A DNA stretch of 64,000 nucleotides from contig OZ024745.1 in assembly GCA_964016885.1 (NCBI GenBank), positions 94,674,001 through 94,738,000 on the forward strand. Direction: 5' to 3'. The DNA is from Eledone cirrhosa. Taxonomy: Eukaryota. The translations under genes were made by a program, and so were the position numbers. The notes under the pieces are model-generated. The model saw only the letters and a list, made by a program, of their open reading frames with translations. It was not told the DNA's origin and searched no databases. Of the stretch, positions 51,690-64,000 are shown one piece after another (the stretch's first letter is position 1; each line of letters begins with the position of its first letter).

Positions 51690-52835
51690 TGAAAGGTAGA
51701 CCACATTATTTATATATATGTATATATAGGACTTAAAATTATTTTAATTAGAAGCCTGTGAACGAAGTCTGTGGAGTGCAACTAACTGTAAAATGAGTAG
51801 ATAAAGCGAAGAAACACTACAACAATTGGTAGGTCCATTATTTATGTATTTCAGGTGAAATAATTACCAAACTGATAGGATCTAGAGATTGCTAGATACA
51901 GAAGAAATTGTGTGCATCTTTTAATATAATATCTTTGGATAATATAATTATCTGGCTTTTCTGAAGGAATCTATAAAATTTAAATAATTTTCCACACTAA
52001 AACACAGATATTTTAATTGTTTAATTATTGCCCTATCAAAATGGCATTGTGCCATTTAGCTTCCCTGTCATAACTGATTTGTGAACAGCAATCAGTGATA
52101 GTCAATATCCGACTGAATCAGTCAGCAACACTCGTGAAATAAGACTTAACAACAGCCAAACGTCATTTCAGATAATTTATGAGCTGCCAACGCATCACTT
52201 TTGGATGATATGACTTTCTCTGGTTGTTGTTGATGTTGTTTGTTATAGATTTTGCAGTTGTTTTTGGTTATTTTATTAGGGCTGTTGTGGTTGTTGTTGT
52301 TGTTGTTGTTGTTGGAGTTGTTGTTGTTGCTACTCTGAGTAAATACTGAGTAAATACTGGATTTTAGATTGTTCCTGTTTTGTTGATGTTGGTCCTGTGA
52401 TGGATATTGCAGTTGTTTTTGGTGATTTTGTTAGTGCTGTTGTTGTTGTCGTTGTTGGAGTTATTGGTGTTTTTGTTTTTGTTGTTGCTGTTCTTGTTGT
52501 GAGTGAATTCTAGGTTTTAGATTGTTCCTGTTTTGTTTTGTTATTGCTTTTGATGTGCAAGTTGTGGACGTGTTTATTATTGTTGTAAATAGCGTAATAG
52601 TGGCAGCTGCTGCTATGTTTGTCTATACTTGTAATAACACTCTAGGTATTTCTCTTAGGAGCTGTTACTTTGTCTTAGTGTTTTGGTGAAGTTGCTGTTA
52701 GAGTAGACATTTCTGTTTTGAAAAATAAATAAACACCAAACAAAAGATTATATACTACGTGTTATGTATGTATGGTCCTGTAACTTCTGGGGAAGTCGTA
52801 TGGGGCGCCATATTGACATATGACGTTTCTTGCTC

Positions 52836-54026
52836 ATTTTAAGTCTGGCGGCGCTTAACCCTTTCCAGGCCTGAGTACAGCAGATTTCTTCCAGAGAAAG
52901 ATAGAAAGTGAGAAAGAGATATAGAAGAAGAATCGACCCCAGTGCTAAACTGTTACTTTTTTTTATCGACCTGGAAAGGATGAAAGGCAAAGTTGACCTC
53001 GGCGGTATTTGAACTCAGAAAGCAGAGAAAACCAGAACGAATACCACGAAACATTGTATCCAACGTTCTCACCTATTTGTAGCCTTTACCACTATCAACA
53101 CTAAGTCGCAATGAAGGCATAAAACATAGCAACAACAACACACATATGTAAGAAATATATCATATCCATTAGGAGACATGTTAGGCTTGCCCGGCCAATC
53201 CTCTCTTTCACAAGAAACTACGTCAAGTGTAGCCAAATGTTTTAGTACCACGAATGAAATGTAGGTGCGTAGGAACATGTAAAAGTGCGTATGTCCTTAA
53301 TAAAATAAAATAATAAAGATTTGTGTATTTATAAATCTAGCGATATACGATATGCTTATAAATCCATAATTATATAAATTATATTAAATTACTTTTATGT
53401 ATTTGTTCTGCAGGATTCTTGATGTGAAATCGTGTGTTGAAACCAATATTGTTATATTTGGGGATGGTCATGTTACCAATATTGCCAGTAGAAAGAAATA
53501 TACACTATATAATTTTCACTTTAAATTCATTGTTCGTTATTCATTTGTTTATCAATGTTCTTTCAATACACATTCTGTGACCTCCTCAATGATTATCTGT
53601 TTTGTGCCTCCTCTTATGCCTGGTCTTAAACTTCTACTCCATCTTGTCTTTGTCTATTGGCAATATTGGCAACAAGAATCTTATTGAACAAATACATAAA
53701 AGTAATTTGATACAATTTATATAATTATGGACATAAAAGCATATCGTATATTATTTTCTTAAGGACATACGCACTTTTACATGTTCCTACGCGCCTACAA
53801 TTCAATCGTGGTACTAAAACATTTGACGTAGTTTTTTGTGAAAGAGAGGATTGACCATGTAAGCCTAACATGTCTCCTCATGGATATCATATATTTCTTA
53901 TATATTTATGTTGTTGTTGCTATGTTTTATGCCGTCATTGCGACTTAATGTTGATCTCTTTCTTACTTTCTATCTTTCTCTGGAAGAAAGGCCTGGAAAG
54001 GGTTAGGCGCCGCCAGACTTAAAATG
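52836..54026. repeat. Diverged inverted repeat (arms ~52836-53400 and ~53700-54026), left arm interrupted by a SINE at ~52925-53070
   Basis: attttaagtctggcggcgc...aggcct mirrored at 53990-54026; atcaacactaagtcgcaatg...gtccttaa mirrored at 53757-53955. Confidence 0.75.
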
Positions 54027-54545
54027 TGCAAGATCTGAGTTCAGATCCCATTGTGGTCAACTTTGCCTTTCTTCGTTTCAAGGTCAATAAAAATGTACCA
54101 GTCCAATACTGGAGTCAACTTTTCCCCTATATCTGTTCCTCACTAACTCTCGCCCCCCCCATTTCTTATTCTCTGGAAGAAATCGTGTTTAAACCTGGAG
54201 AAAGAATGGGCTTCACCAGGTTTACAATGCCCGAGAAACGCCGTATGTTACAACCCCACCCCTACAATTTGAACAGGAATGACGAGTCCATACACATATC
54301 TATTTCTACTGTTCTACATTGTTCTACTTTTTGTTGTCTTGCTTATTCGTTTATTTTGATTTTGTTACACACATATTTATTTTTGTTTTGACGCATGACG
54401 TTTTATATGTTTCCGTTGAGATCTCTTTAATTATGTATGCCTCAGTAGACTTTATTGCAGTATATGGCTTAACGTAACATATCCTGGATAAATTTTATTT
54501 CAGTAGTTTCTGAGAAATAAATACATAACTCAAATTTAAATATTG

Positions 54546-54615
<70 letters not shown>

Positions 54616-54732
54616 TGAACCGGTACGTACTCACGCTCTATGCAAATTAGTCTGCCCACTACTAATTTTCATAGAAAAAGCATATAACGATATGTGCTTT
54701 TACGATTCTCTAGAAAGGCCGGAAGATAGGTA

Positions 54733-54777
54733 AATATTGCTGATGAGATGTAACAACATCGAAACTAGTCCAATATT
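54733..54777 (+). ncRNA. Canonical minimal type I hammerhead ribozyme
   Basis: aatattg-CTGATGA-gatgt aaca acatc-GAAA-CTAG-TC-caatatt; cleavage predicted after C54770. Confidence 0.92.
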
Positions 54778-55198
54778 CCTTGTCTGGTTTTCTGGAGAAT
54801 AGAGGAAAGGTGTTTCCTCAAAAACCAGTATGACTCTAAAAACCGGTTTGTCTGTGTGTTTACATACAGAATAGCTGGACACTCACAGTAAAGTAACCAG
54901 TGAAAAACTCGGTACATCTACATATGTACACGTGTGTGTATTCATATGCATACTAGTATTTCAGTATACATATGTGAATGTACATGTTTAACTTAATTGT
55001 TTAAGCGTCAGTCATACAAAAGTGAGTTACAAACGAAACGAAATTTAATTTCGTTTCGTTATTTGTTTTTATCGTCTCCGTTGAACCGGTACGTACTCAC
55101 GCTCTATGCAAATTAGTCTGCCCACTACTAATTTTCATAGAAAAAGCATATAACGATATGTGCTTTTACGATTCTCTAGAAAGGCCGGAAGATAGGTA

Positions 55199-55243
55199 AA
55201 TATTGCTGATGAGATGTAACAACATCGAAACTAGTCCAATATT
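55199..55243 (+). ncRNA. Canonical minimal type I hammerhead ribozyme (second unit)
   Basis: Identical to 54733-54777; cleavage predicted after C55236. Confidence 0.92.
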
Positions 55244-55554
55244 CCTTGTCTGGCTTTCTGGGGAATAGATGAAAGGTGTTTCCTCAAAAACCAGTATGAC
55301 TCTAAAAACCGGTTTGTCTGTGTGTTTACATACAGAATAGCTGGACACTCACAGTAAAGTAACCAGTGAAAAACTCGGTACATCTACATATGTACACGTG
55401 TGTGTATTCATATGCATACTAGTATTTCAGTATACATATGTGAATGTACATTTTTAACTTAATTGTTTAAGCGTCAGTCATACAAAAGTGAGTTACAAAC
55501 GAAACGAAATTTAATTTCGTTTCGTTATTTGTTTTTATATATATATATATTTAT

Positions 55555-55743
55555 ATAACGAAGGAAATGTGGTAAGGAACCAGATGGACCATAACGCACC
55601 AAAGTACTCAATACTTAGGGTAGTAGAGTTGGTAATAGGAACAAGTATGACCCCGACGGCAGAGCGCAAGCCGTTTCGACGGCTAATTCAGTCCAGAATT
55701 AGCTGTCGAAACGGCTTGCGCTCTGCCGTCGGGGTCATACTTG

Positions 55744-55750
<7 letters not shown>
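55555..55750 (-). mobile_element. HHR-element tail with palindrome centred in stem II (~55692)
   Basis: Same family and layout as 39510-39702. Confidence 0.8.
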
Positions 55751-55790
<40 letters not shown>

Positions 55791-55795
<5 letters not shown>

Positions 55796-57960
55796 GAAAT
55801 AAAATAACAGGAGGCTGGACTGGTGTAAATCCTTGAAAGGTTTATTATACTATGATCATTTCAATGACTGGGTTCCATATGAATCCGGTGATATCATCAG
55901 GTATTGGAATATAACAAAGGAATATGTAAAAAAACCATGGGTCCGAAAAATCAGAGACAGAGACAGAGAGGACGTCCGGCCAACTAGCTTCTCGGCCAGC
56001 CGCCCTCAAAGTGTTGGCAACTGAATCTACTAATGAATATCTGGTGATGGGGCGAAGGCTTATAATGCACTACGACCACTCCGTCAAAGAAGAAGGGGAA
56101 GAAAGAAAGAAAGAAAGGGAGAATGAAGTGTAGTGTAAGGGTCATACTATATTCATGCTAGAAAATGCCGCGTAAAAATGCTACCCCAAAGAATCTATAA
56201 TGGGTGTCTGTATGGTCTAATGTGTGAACCGAAGATTGGAACGTTAAACTTATGTTGCGAGTTATAGGATGAAATTAAATTAAATTAAAAATATTAAATC
56301 GAAAAATGATAAATTGAAAAATAAGTTATTAGAGAATTAAAGATTAAGGTAGCGAGATTTATTTATTTAATGAACTTACGGAGAGAGTCTTATATGAAAA
56401 AGTTTTATCTCGATAAGATATTAGGATGGGATATAGAGTAAATATTTCGGTTGGGAGTGCCAGTCAGCAACCCCCCCCCCCCACCAATAGTCAGCCAATC
56501 ACGAGTGGTATCGTCCAGCGAAAGAAATGGAAATTAATTTTTCCGAGTACTACCCTAGGCCCCGGCAGCGCGAGCCGGAATTCCACAATTTCGACAGGCC
56601 ATCGTCTATACCAAACGAATACTATTAAATCCCACATGAGGGGTTTATTTACGCGCCAGTAGAGGCATGATACAGCTAATAGTAGTGCCTAAACCTAGAG
56701 TTTGTATAATGTGGCGGCCAAAGCAGGCGGCGCGGTTGCACCGGGGCAAAATCATCCGCTCCGAGTAATTTCGTTTACAGAAAGAGGAGAAATTTATTTT
56801 TCCGAGCAATCAAGGAAGGCTGAACTTTCCGAGTGCCCATCGCGCAGCCGGGAAAAAGCCACCACATAAGTCGAAGGTAGCAACCCAATGAAAAGTGCAA
56901 ATAGACCAAAATTATTTTAAATTCCTAGTTAGTCCGGGTTATAAGTAGTGTGGTTCTTAGGTGGGTAGGGGCTATGAAAGGTGCATAATGACCTGAGTGA
57001 GGAAAAGTTACAAAAAAATAATAAAAGCAGCATACAAAGATAAAATACCAATATAAACATAGAATACTCTAAAGATAGAGTACTCGGAAAAATTAATTTC
57101 CATTTCTTTCGCTGGACGATACCACTCGAGACTGGCTGACTCATGGTGGGGGTGTGCTGGCTGGCACTCATAATCGAAATCTTTACTCTATATCCCATCT
57201 TAATATCTTATCGAGATAAATTTTTTCAATAAGACTCTCTCCGTAAGTTCATTAAATAAATAAATCTCGCTACCTTAATCTTTAATTCTCTAATAACTTA
57301 TTTTTCAATTTATTATTTTTCAATTTAATATTTTTAATTTAATTTAATTTCATCCTATAACTCGCAACATAAGTTTAACGTTCCAATCTTCGGTTCACAC
57401 ATTAGACCATACAGACACCCATTATAGATTCTTTGGGGTAGCATTTTTTCGCGGCATTTTCTAGCATGAATATAGTTTGACCCTTACACTACACTTCTTT
57501 CTCCCTTTCTTTTTTTCTTCCCCTTCTTCTTTGACGGAGTGGTGGTAGCGCATTATAAGCCTTCGCCCCCTCACCAGATATTCATTAGTAGATTCAGTTG
57601 CCAATACTTTGAGAGCGGCTGGCCGAGAAGCTAGTTGGCCGGACGTCCTCTCTGTCTCTGTCTCTGATTTTTCGGACCAATGGTTTTTTACATATTCCTT
57701 TGTGATATTCCAATACCTGATGATATCACCGAATTCATATGGAACCCAGTCATTGAAATGATCATAGTATAATAAACCTTTCAAGGGTTTACACCAGTCC
57801 AGCCTCCTGTTATTTCATTTATAATTAACTCCGTATTCGCACCACCAACTACACAAACGAAGATGGGTGAACTGCACTGCGTTGAGTCCTCTTCACAATA
57901 TTACACCAGGATTGACCATACAGAATGAGCAGTTCTATCGAGTGGTGAACCAACAAACCT
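55791..57960. mobile_element. PLE-like non-coding element with ~750-bp inverted arms (55791-56551 and 57079-57821), HHR in each arm
   Basis: HHRs at 55847-55904 (-) and 57713-57770 (+): atac-CTGATGA-long stem II-GAAA-TGATCA-TA-gtat; bounded by (TA)n. Confidence 0.8.
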
Positions 57961-57966
57961 AAAGAA

Positions 57967-58003
<37 letters not shown>

Positions 58004-58146
58004 TACATATATATGTATATATATATATATATGTAAGTATATATATATATATATACACATACACACACATATATATATATATGTATGTATATATATATGT
58101 ATGCATAAATATATATGTATATATATATATATATATATATGTATGC

Positions 58147-58216
<70 letters not shown>

Positions 58217-58267
58217 GTATATATATATATGTATATATATGTATGTATATATATGTATATATATATG

Positions 58268-58302
<35 letters not shown>

Positions 58303-58304
58303 GT

Positions 58305-58420
58305 GAAGGCGTGTGGCTGAGTGGTTAGAGAATTGAATTCGCAATCGTAAGGTTGTGAGTTCGATTCCTGGACCAGGCAATGCGTTATGTCCTTGAGCAA
58401 GACACTTTATTTAACGTTGC
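58305..58420 (+). mobile_element. tRNA-derived SINE family B
   Basis: A box tggctgagtgg, B box gagttcgattcc, then tgtccttgagcaagacact. Confidence 0.8.
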
Positions 58421-58517
58421 CCCTTCTACCTGGAGTTGCGACCGATAGATAGTATTAGCAATTGGAAAGACCAACGGTCCGATTTGACGAAAGTCGATCG
58501 TTCCTTATATATATATG

Positions 58518-58562
<45 letters not shown>

Positions 58563-58614
58563 GTATGTATATATATACGTATGTATATATATATATATGT
58601 ATATATATATGTAT

Positions 58615-58652
<38 letters not shown>

Positions 58653-58697
58653 GTATGTATGTATATATATATATATATATATATATGAAAATATTCA

Positions 58698-58795
58698 GGA
58701 TTCCAATGGTTGAGCTCCGGCCGTTTCGACAGCTAGATCGGAACTAAAGAACCAGTATTCGATCGGCGGAATCTAGTTGAATTCTTCAAGAGGTA
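58698..58795 (-). ncRNA. Degenerate full-length HHR of the 38065/39510/48590 family
   Basis: acctc-TTGAAGA-..caactagat...atctagctgtc-GAAA-cggccggagctc... Confidence 0.55.
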
Positions 58796-58965
58796 TGATC
58801 CATATATGGGCTGTCAAAAAAGTGAATAAATCTTAAAAGTTCTCTTGTTTATTTACTTTTTTTTTTTTGGCTGCTTTTCTCTGAGACTGGTCAGTGATCG
58901 TGGTGCGGTGTACCTTTGTTCAAATGACTGGTTTAGTCCTGCCAAATATGCTGCCAATTATCTAT

Positions 58966-59002
<37 letters not shown>

Positions 59003-59007
59003 ATATA

Positions 59008-59605
59008 TGATGGCTGCCCCCTGGTTATCGAGTATGGCCATTGCACGATATAACATTATTAATAATTATTAATTAATTCTATCGTGCAATGCCTGTGCGT
59101 GAAGATATTTTTTAAAGTGAGGAAAGACTGTGCACTGAGCCAATCCCACTCTCTGAGCGACAAAAGAAGAAAAGATCAACATCATCACAGGCTTTATATC
59201 GGAGTTATCCCAGTTTCCTGAGTTGCCTTCTCCTAGATGAATGCCCTGACAAAGGCTAGGGGGTCCTTCTCTCCCAGTGGTTTAACCGCGCGATCGGGTG
59301 TCCCAGCCCGACTATTTCTATAGCCCCGCGCATATACATACACATGCACCTATGTATATACACATATACATATATATATATATGTACATGTGTATATACA
59401 TATTTAAACACATTTGGATGGCCGTTGACTCTTATGAGTTCTTCCGCCCTTTGTCACGTTATGTTTTTTTGTGCTGCTGGGTGTCCAAAATCACCCTCCT
59501 CACCAAGTAAACTTGGTGGGGTTGCCGGTTTAGTCGCCGACGACCCGACCATGCGACAGGTTGTACTGAGTTACATGTTATCAGTAGCACTCAAGAGTGA
59601 CGCGA
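59008..59605 (-). mobile_element. Possible RTE-related non-autonomous element or 5'UTR remnant
   Basis: gttgccttctcctagatg...aaggctag resembles RTE-type 5' regions (from recall only); GC-richer insert between (TA)n tracts. Confidence 0.3.
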
Positions 59606-59642
59606 CATATATATATATATATATATATACAATATATGGAGA

Positions 59643-60442
59643 ATAGAAATGGCTGTGTAGTTGCTATTTAAGGTAGCTTAAAATGGAGTGGGATTAAGAA
59701 GAAAGCAAGAACGGGGGGTCCTCATGACTTGACTACTGGGGGTATCGGATATTTCTACGCTTTAAAGACAATATATTTACCGCCCAGAGCGTCAATATCT
59801 GGATAAGTTATTGGGAAAACGGAGAAGGGCGGGAAGGAAAAAAAGGGAAGAAAAGAGAAAACAGTGAAAAACAGCGAAAAAAACAACAAACCGAGCAATG
59901 TGCGAGCAACTTAAGGTAAGAAGAAAATCCAAGACCACTCGATGAGAGAACTTAAGTTCAAGACTGTGTGGGCGAGAGAAATAAGACACACGTCTGATCC
60001 CAGCAGTTATTAGTGAGAAAAAGGACTACTAGAGGGTCAGCCGAGGGAAACAATGAGGGTCAGGCGAGGCAAGCAGAGAGAGAGAGGATGAGTGAAAATG
60101 AGAGGGAGAAAGGGAGCGGAAGAAAGTGTGATAAGAGTAGATAGGGAGAAATAGTTAGGTAGAAGAAGAGTGAAGACTGCTAGAGAGGATGAGTGAAAGT
60201 GAGAGGGAGAAAGGGAGAGGAAGAAAGAGGGGTGAGAGTTGATAGCGAAATAGGAAGGTAGAATGAGTGAGAAGAATGGCCACAGCGAAAACATAACAAA
60301 ATATATGAAGATAGAAATGGCTGTGTAGTTGGTATTTAATGTAACTTATAATGGAGTGGAAATAAGAAGAAAGCAAGAACGAGCGAGAGTTTTCCTCATC
60401 AGTTGTCTACTGTAGGTCTCGGATATTTCTACGCTTTAAAGA

Positions 60443-60444
<2 letters not shown>
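59643..60444 (-). repeat. ~668-bp unit with ~130-bp diverged direct repeats (CTGATGA on the minus strand at ~60395-60401)
   Basis: atagaaatggctgtgtagttg...ggatatttctacgctttaaagaca at 59643 and 60311; GA-rich interior. Confidence 0.7.
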
Positions 60445-60523
<79 letters not shown>

Positions 60524-60738
60524 GTGGAGCGTCATATTGTTATAATATTCCCAGAAATAATAATAATACACACTCACTGTTATATATGTATATATATACA
60601 TATATAGATGGAAACAAATTCAATATATATCTGCTACAAAGTCAAAATAATTAAAAAACGGAAAAAGAAGAGAAAGGCAAGGGTTCTAGGGTCAGACAAG
60701 AATGGCAGGTGGAAGGGGGAGGGTGATGGGAACTAGGT

Positions 60739-60870
60739 CTAGGGCGCCGCGGTGTCGGGGATGCGCCACACGGACAAAACTGCAAAAACATCCCCACGGA
60801 TAATGGCCATCAACACCCGCTGCACCAACCGATCTCGCGAGTCACCCTCCTCAGACGGGCTGCTGACGTT
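60739..60870 (-). pseudogene. Possible CRE-like RLE C-terminal fragment
   Basis: EGDSRDRLVQRVLMAIIRGDVFAVL resembles GDxRE..LxQRxSxAxxRGNAxxVL. Confidence 0.45.
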
Positions 60871-61574
60871 CCGATCTTGCGGAGGAATTTGGCAGTACGG
60901 GATCCAAGTATGCCTGAGGTCTCGACGGCAACCGGGACGAAGAGGATAAATATCTTTCATTTTAATTTTAAGATAGCAGTGGATAGGGTTTAAGGTGAGG
61001 TAGGTTTGACTGCTATTGTTAGCTGACTTGTTATTTGTTTAAGTAAAAATTTGTTATTACAATTTCCATCGCTTGATTTAGTAGTCCAATTGCTTTTGTG
61101 GTTGAAACCATTTATCCTTGTATACTATTTGTAAGCAAGTCCAATCTCGAGTGTCATCCTTTTTAATAATTCACTAATCGCATTAGACAGAGAACAGTTA
61201 TTAATAGCTATTAATAGTAGGCCTTATTAGCCTGTGTGGTATTGTAACAGAATTCTAAAACTAAATACAAAAGGAAAATCTGTAAAATATATAAAATATC
61301 CAACTCTATAATGTTTATCAATAATTAAATCCGGAAAAGTAGATTTAGGTATTAGAATCAAAGGACCAGTAAAATATTATGTCGCTAGTTTCTGGCCATT
61401 AGCTTTCAGATAAAAAAAACGAAAGTATATTTTGACATTTTTATTTAAGTAAATTTTGTTGTACTTTACATTGTCATCTATTGACGTAACTCTATGCCGC
61501 AACTCATGTTGTTCGACGTCCTTATGATACCGACAATCGACAATACTTATATAATAACAATAATAATAATAATA

Positions 61575-61670
61575 ATAATAATTGTTTCTACTTTTTGGCA
61601 CAAGGCCAGCAATTACCCAGCATTACTGGTACTTTATGTTATCGACCCCGTAAGGATGAAAGGCAAAGTT
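61575..61670 (-). mobile_element. SINE family A, 3' half with (ATT)n tail
   Basis: Core and tail. Confidence 0.8.
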
Positions 61671-62569
61671 AAAAATAATAAAAATAATGGTGGATACGCA
61701 CATGGTGGATAGAGTGTTATGGAATCGCTCCCGTAAGTTTTTGATTTTTTACATATTTAAAACAATTGTGATAGAATAATTCTTATTACAAATGGAACAT
61801 AAGATACCAGTCTTAACTCTCAGGAAGTGACAACGCATCACATTATGGCATAGGGCTTCAATATTTAATATTTAATTTTGTATCAGAAATGTTATAGTCA
61901 AAAAAGAAAATGATTACAAACAACAGCCAAATAATTTCATCACCAACACCACCACCGCCGCCGCCACCATCACTATAGTACTACTATCCCATCACCACCG
62001 CCACCACTGCATCATCGCTACCCCCACTATTCCCTACTACCTCCTGTTAAGAGAGGGATGGTAGTAGTGCCACTACACATGAATAAAAGTGAGGAGGGGC
62101 ATCAAAAGATATAAATAGACTGATTTAGTGACCCGGTCAAACAGCTAACAACAACAACAACACCAAAATAATTATTGTTGTTGTATCTCTAAACACTCTC
62201 AAAATGTTTAGTTTAAACGATGTCAAATCTAAACTATAATATAATAATAATAATAAGCAGCAAGTCGAAAGATTATAGAACAGAACACAGACAAAAACAA
62301 ATCCAAATTACAAAAAACAAATTTCAAAAGTTTTGAACGCAACAACCCCTACTTCCCACGTAGCTAAAATCAAAAACAGCAGCAGCAGCAGCAACAACAA
62401 CAACACTAGTAACCGATGTTACTGGCCTTGAAAAACGAAAAACGTAAAGGAAAAAACACACAAACAAGCAAACAAACAAAAAACTAAGTCAGACATTCAA
62501 ACATTACAATGAAACTTATGTTTATTTTAAAAAGTTTTTATCTATTTATTTGTTTATTTATTTATGTTC

Positions 62570-64000
62570 GACTTCAGCGTGATGGTGCCACGCTAAAATC
62601 ACCGGGGGGTGATGAAATCACTGGGGGTGATAAAATCACTGGGATGATGAAATCACCGATGGTTATGTAACCATACATTCACCAATCCTCGATATGAGTG
62701 TTTAAATGTCGAACCTAAACAGTTCGAATAACGGTGAAACGTCATGTGTCAGACTCTCACGCAGCAAGTGCCCCCTTGCCCAGCAGCAGGGACCTGGCTG
62801 TCATCCAAATACTGCTGGTGTTGGAGGAAGAAGAAGAAGGAAAGGCACAAGAACCAACTGGACGAAAGAATTGAATTGAACTATCATGGAATGTTACCTG
62901 GAGAGTAACCCCAAGGAAAAAGGCTATAGGAAACGGATGCATAACATCTGGAACGAGATTGGTCTATTTAAATTAGATGAACAAAAATTGGCCGGGCAGG
63001 CTCGGGTAATAAGAACTAATGGGTGGATAAGCGAGTTGGCACTGGAGGAACTGAGCAGAGAGATTAAGTTGGAAATGGAGAGAGGAGTATGTCAGACAAA
63101 CGAGCCAGCGGGAAATGAAGGTGAAGAGGTTGAAAGAACGGAGGAAGCATCCGAAGCAGACAATGATCTGAATGCTGAAATAAATAACATCTGGAACAAA
63201 GATACGGCCATTGAGGAAATGAATGCTGACAGGCTAGGACAAGATTTGGTTGATATCCTAAACTTAGTGGTAGGTGAAATGAACAATGATAGTGGGAAAC
63301 CTATGAACCGAAGATTTGTAGACAGGAAAAAAAAAGAAACAACAGCTAAGGTAAACAAAGTCATCCCAGACCTCGAGGCGAGGAACTTTCACCAATGCAA
63401 CAATATCCTCAAAGCAACATCAAATGCGGTGAGGAAATTACTTGGCATAAAAACGAGAGGAAACAACAAACAAGAAATATCAGAACCTTGGTGGAAGAAA
63501 CGACTGAATGGTCAAATCAAGGAAATGAGAAATGACATTGGAAAGCTTGAGTCCCTACTGAATGGGACACTACAAAACATAGACACTAAAATGGACTGGA
63601 AATAAAGTACAAAACTAGGAGGAAAAAGGTAAATATCATCATAGAGGAACTGAAGCAACGCATTGTAGCAAAAAGTGTATAGATTAGGCGGTATGAAAGC
63701 AGAGTCAGTCAGTATAGACAAAACCGCATGTTTGACAACAGCCAGAAGATGTTGTTTGGACAGCTTGAAGGGAAAGAAAGAGGCAACGACTTGATCCCTG
63801 AGGCGGAACAGACTAAGATATTCTGGAGAGGAATATGGGAGCAGGATGTTGAACATAATGACCAGGCAGTGTGGATTGAGACAATACAAAAAGAGATTAG
63901 TGAACAAGAACACCAACAAACTGATTTGAGTATCACAGTTGATACTCTTAAAGGGCAGGCCAAAAAACTAACCAACTGGAAATCACTAGGCCCAGATGGT
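62570..64000 (+). mobile_element. R4/Dong-clade non-LTR retrotransposon, 5' part (runs off the window), frameshifted
   Basis: MECYLESNPKEKGYRKRMHNIW...EQKLAGQARVI; EPWWKKRL; downstream frame ELKQRI...RRY...QNRMF...FWRGIW...NWKSLGPDG. Confidence 0.85.

Larger units (their letters stand above)
54611..55537 (+). mobile_element. Retrozyme-like tandem dimer, 466-bp monomer, in (TA)n
   Basis: Units start at 54611 and 55077, are nearly identical, and each carries a canonical minimal HHR. Confidence 0.88.

Noticed and set aside
58305-58380. tRNA gene
   Set aside because: It has A and B boxes but continues into a SINE body and lacks a clean cloverleaf; it is a tRNA-derived SINE head.

Overview
AT-rich, microsatellite-dense animal DNA with no convincing host gene. 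The abundant tRNA-derived SINE resembles octopod cephalopod SINEs (from recall, not searched). Retroelements fill nearly all of it. (1) Three Tx1/L1-clade LINEs from two families sit head-to-tail in (GATA/GA)n microsatellite at 12.1-25.3 kb. (2) Penelope-like elements (PLEs): one Naiad-type RT+GIY-YIG copy with a 2.3-kb inverted duplicate, plus two further GIY-YIG fragments. (3) About two dozen type I hammerhead ribozyme (HHR) motifs, folded by eye, belong to a dozen or more unrelated families. Most lie in short non-coding units in (TA)n tracts. They include a 466-bp dimer and a 312-bp multimer with retrozyme architecture, and several fold-back palindromes centred on the ribozyme. (4) SINEs, RTE, CRE-like, R4/Dong and Helitron remnants. 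(5) A probable ~5-kb inversion with a 1-kb inverted duplication that splits an HHR element. Coordinates were read by eye and are approximate at element ends.
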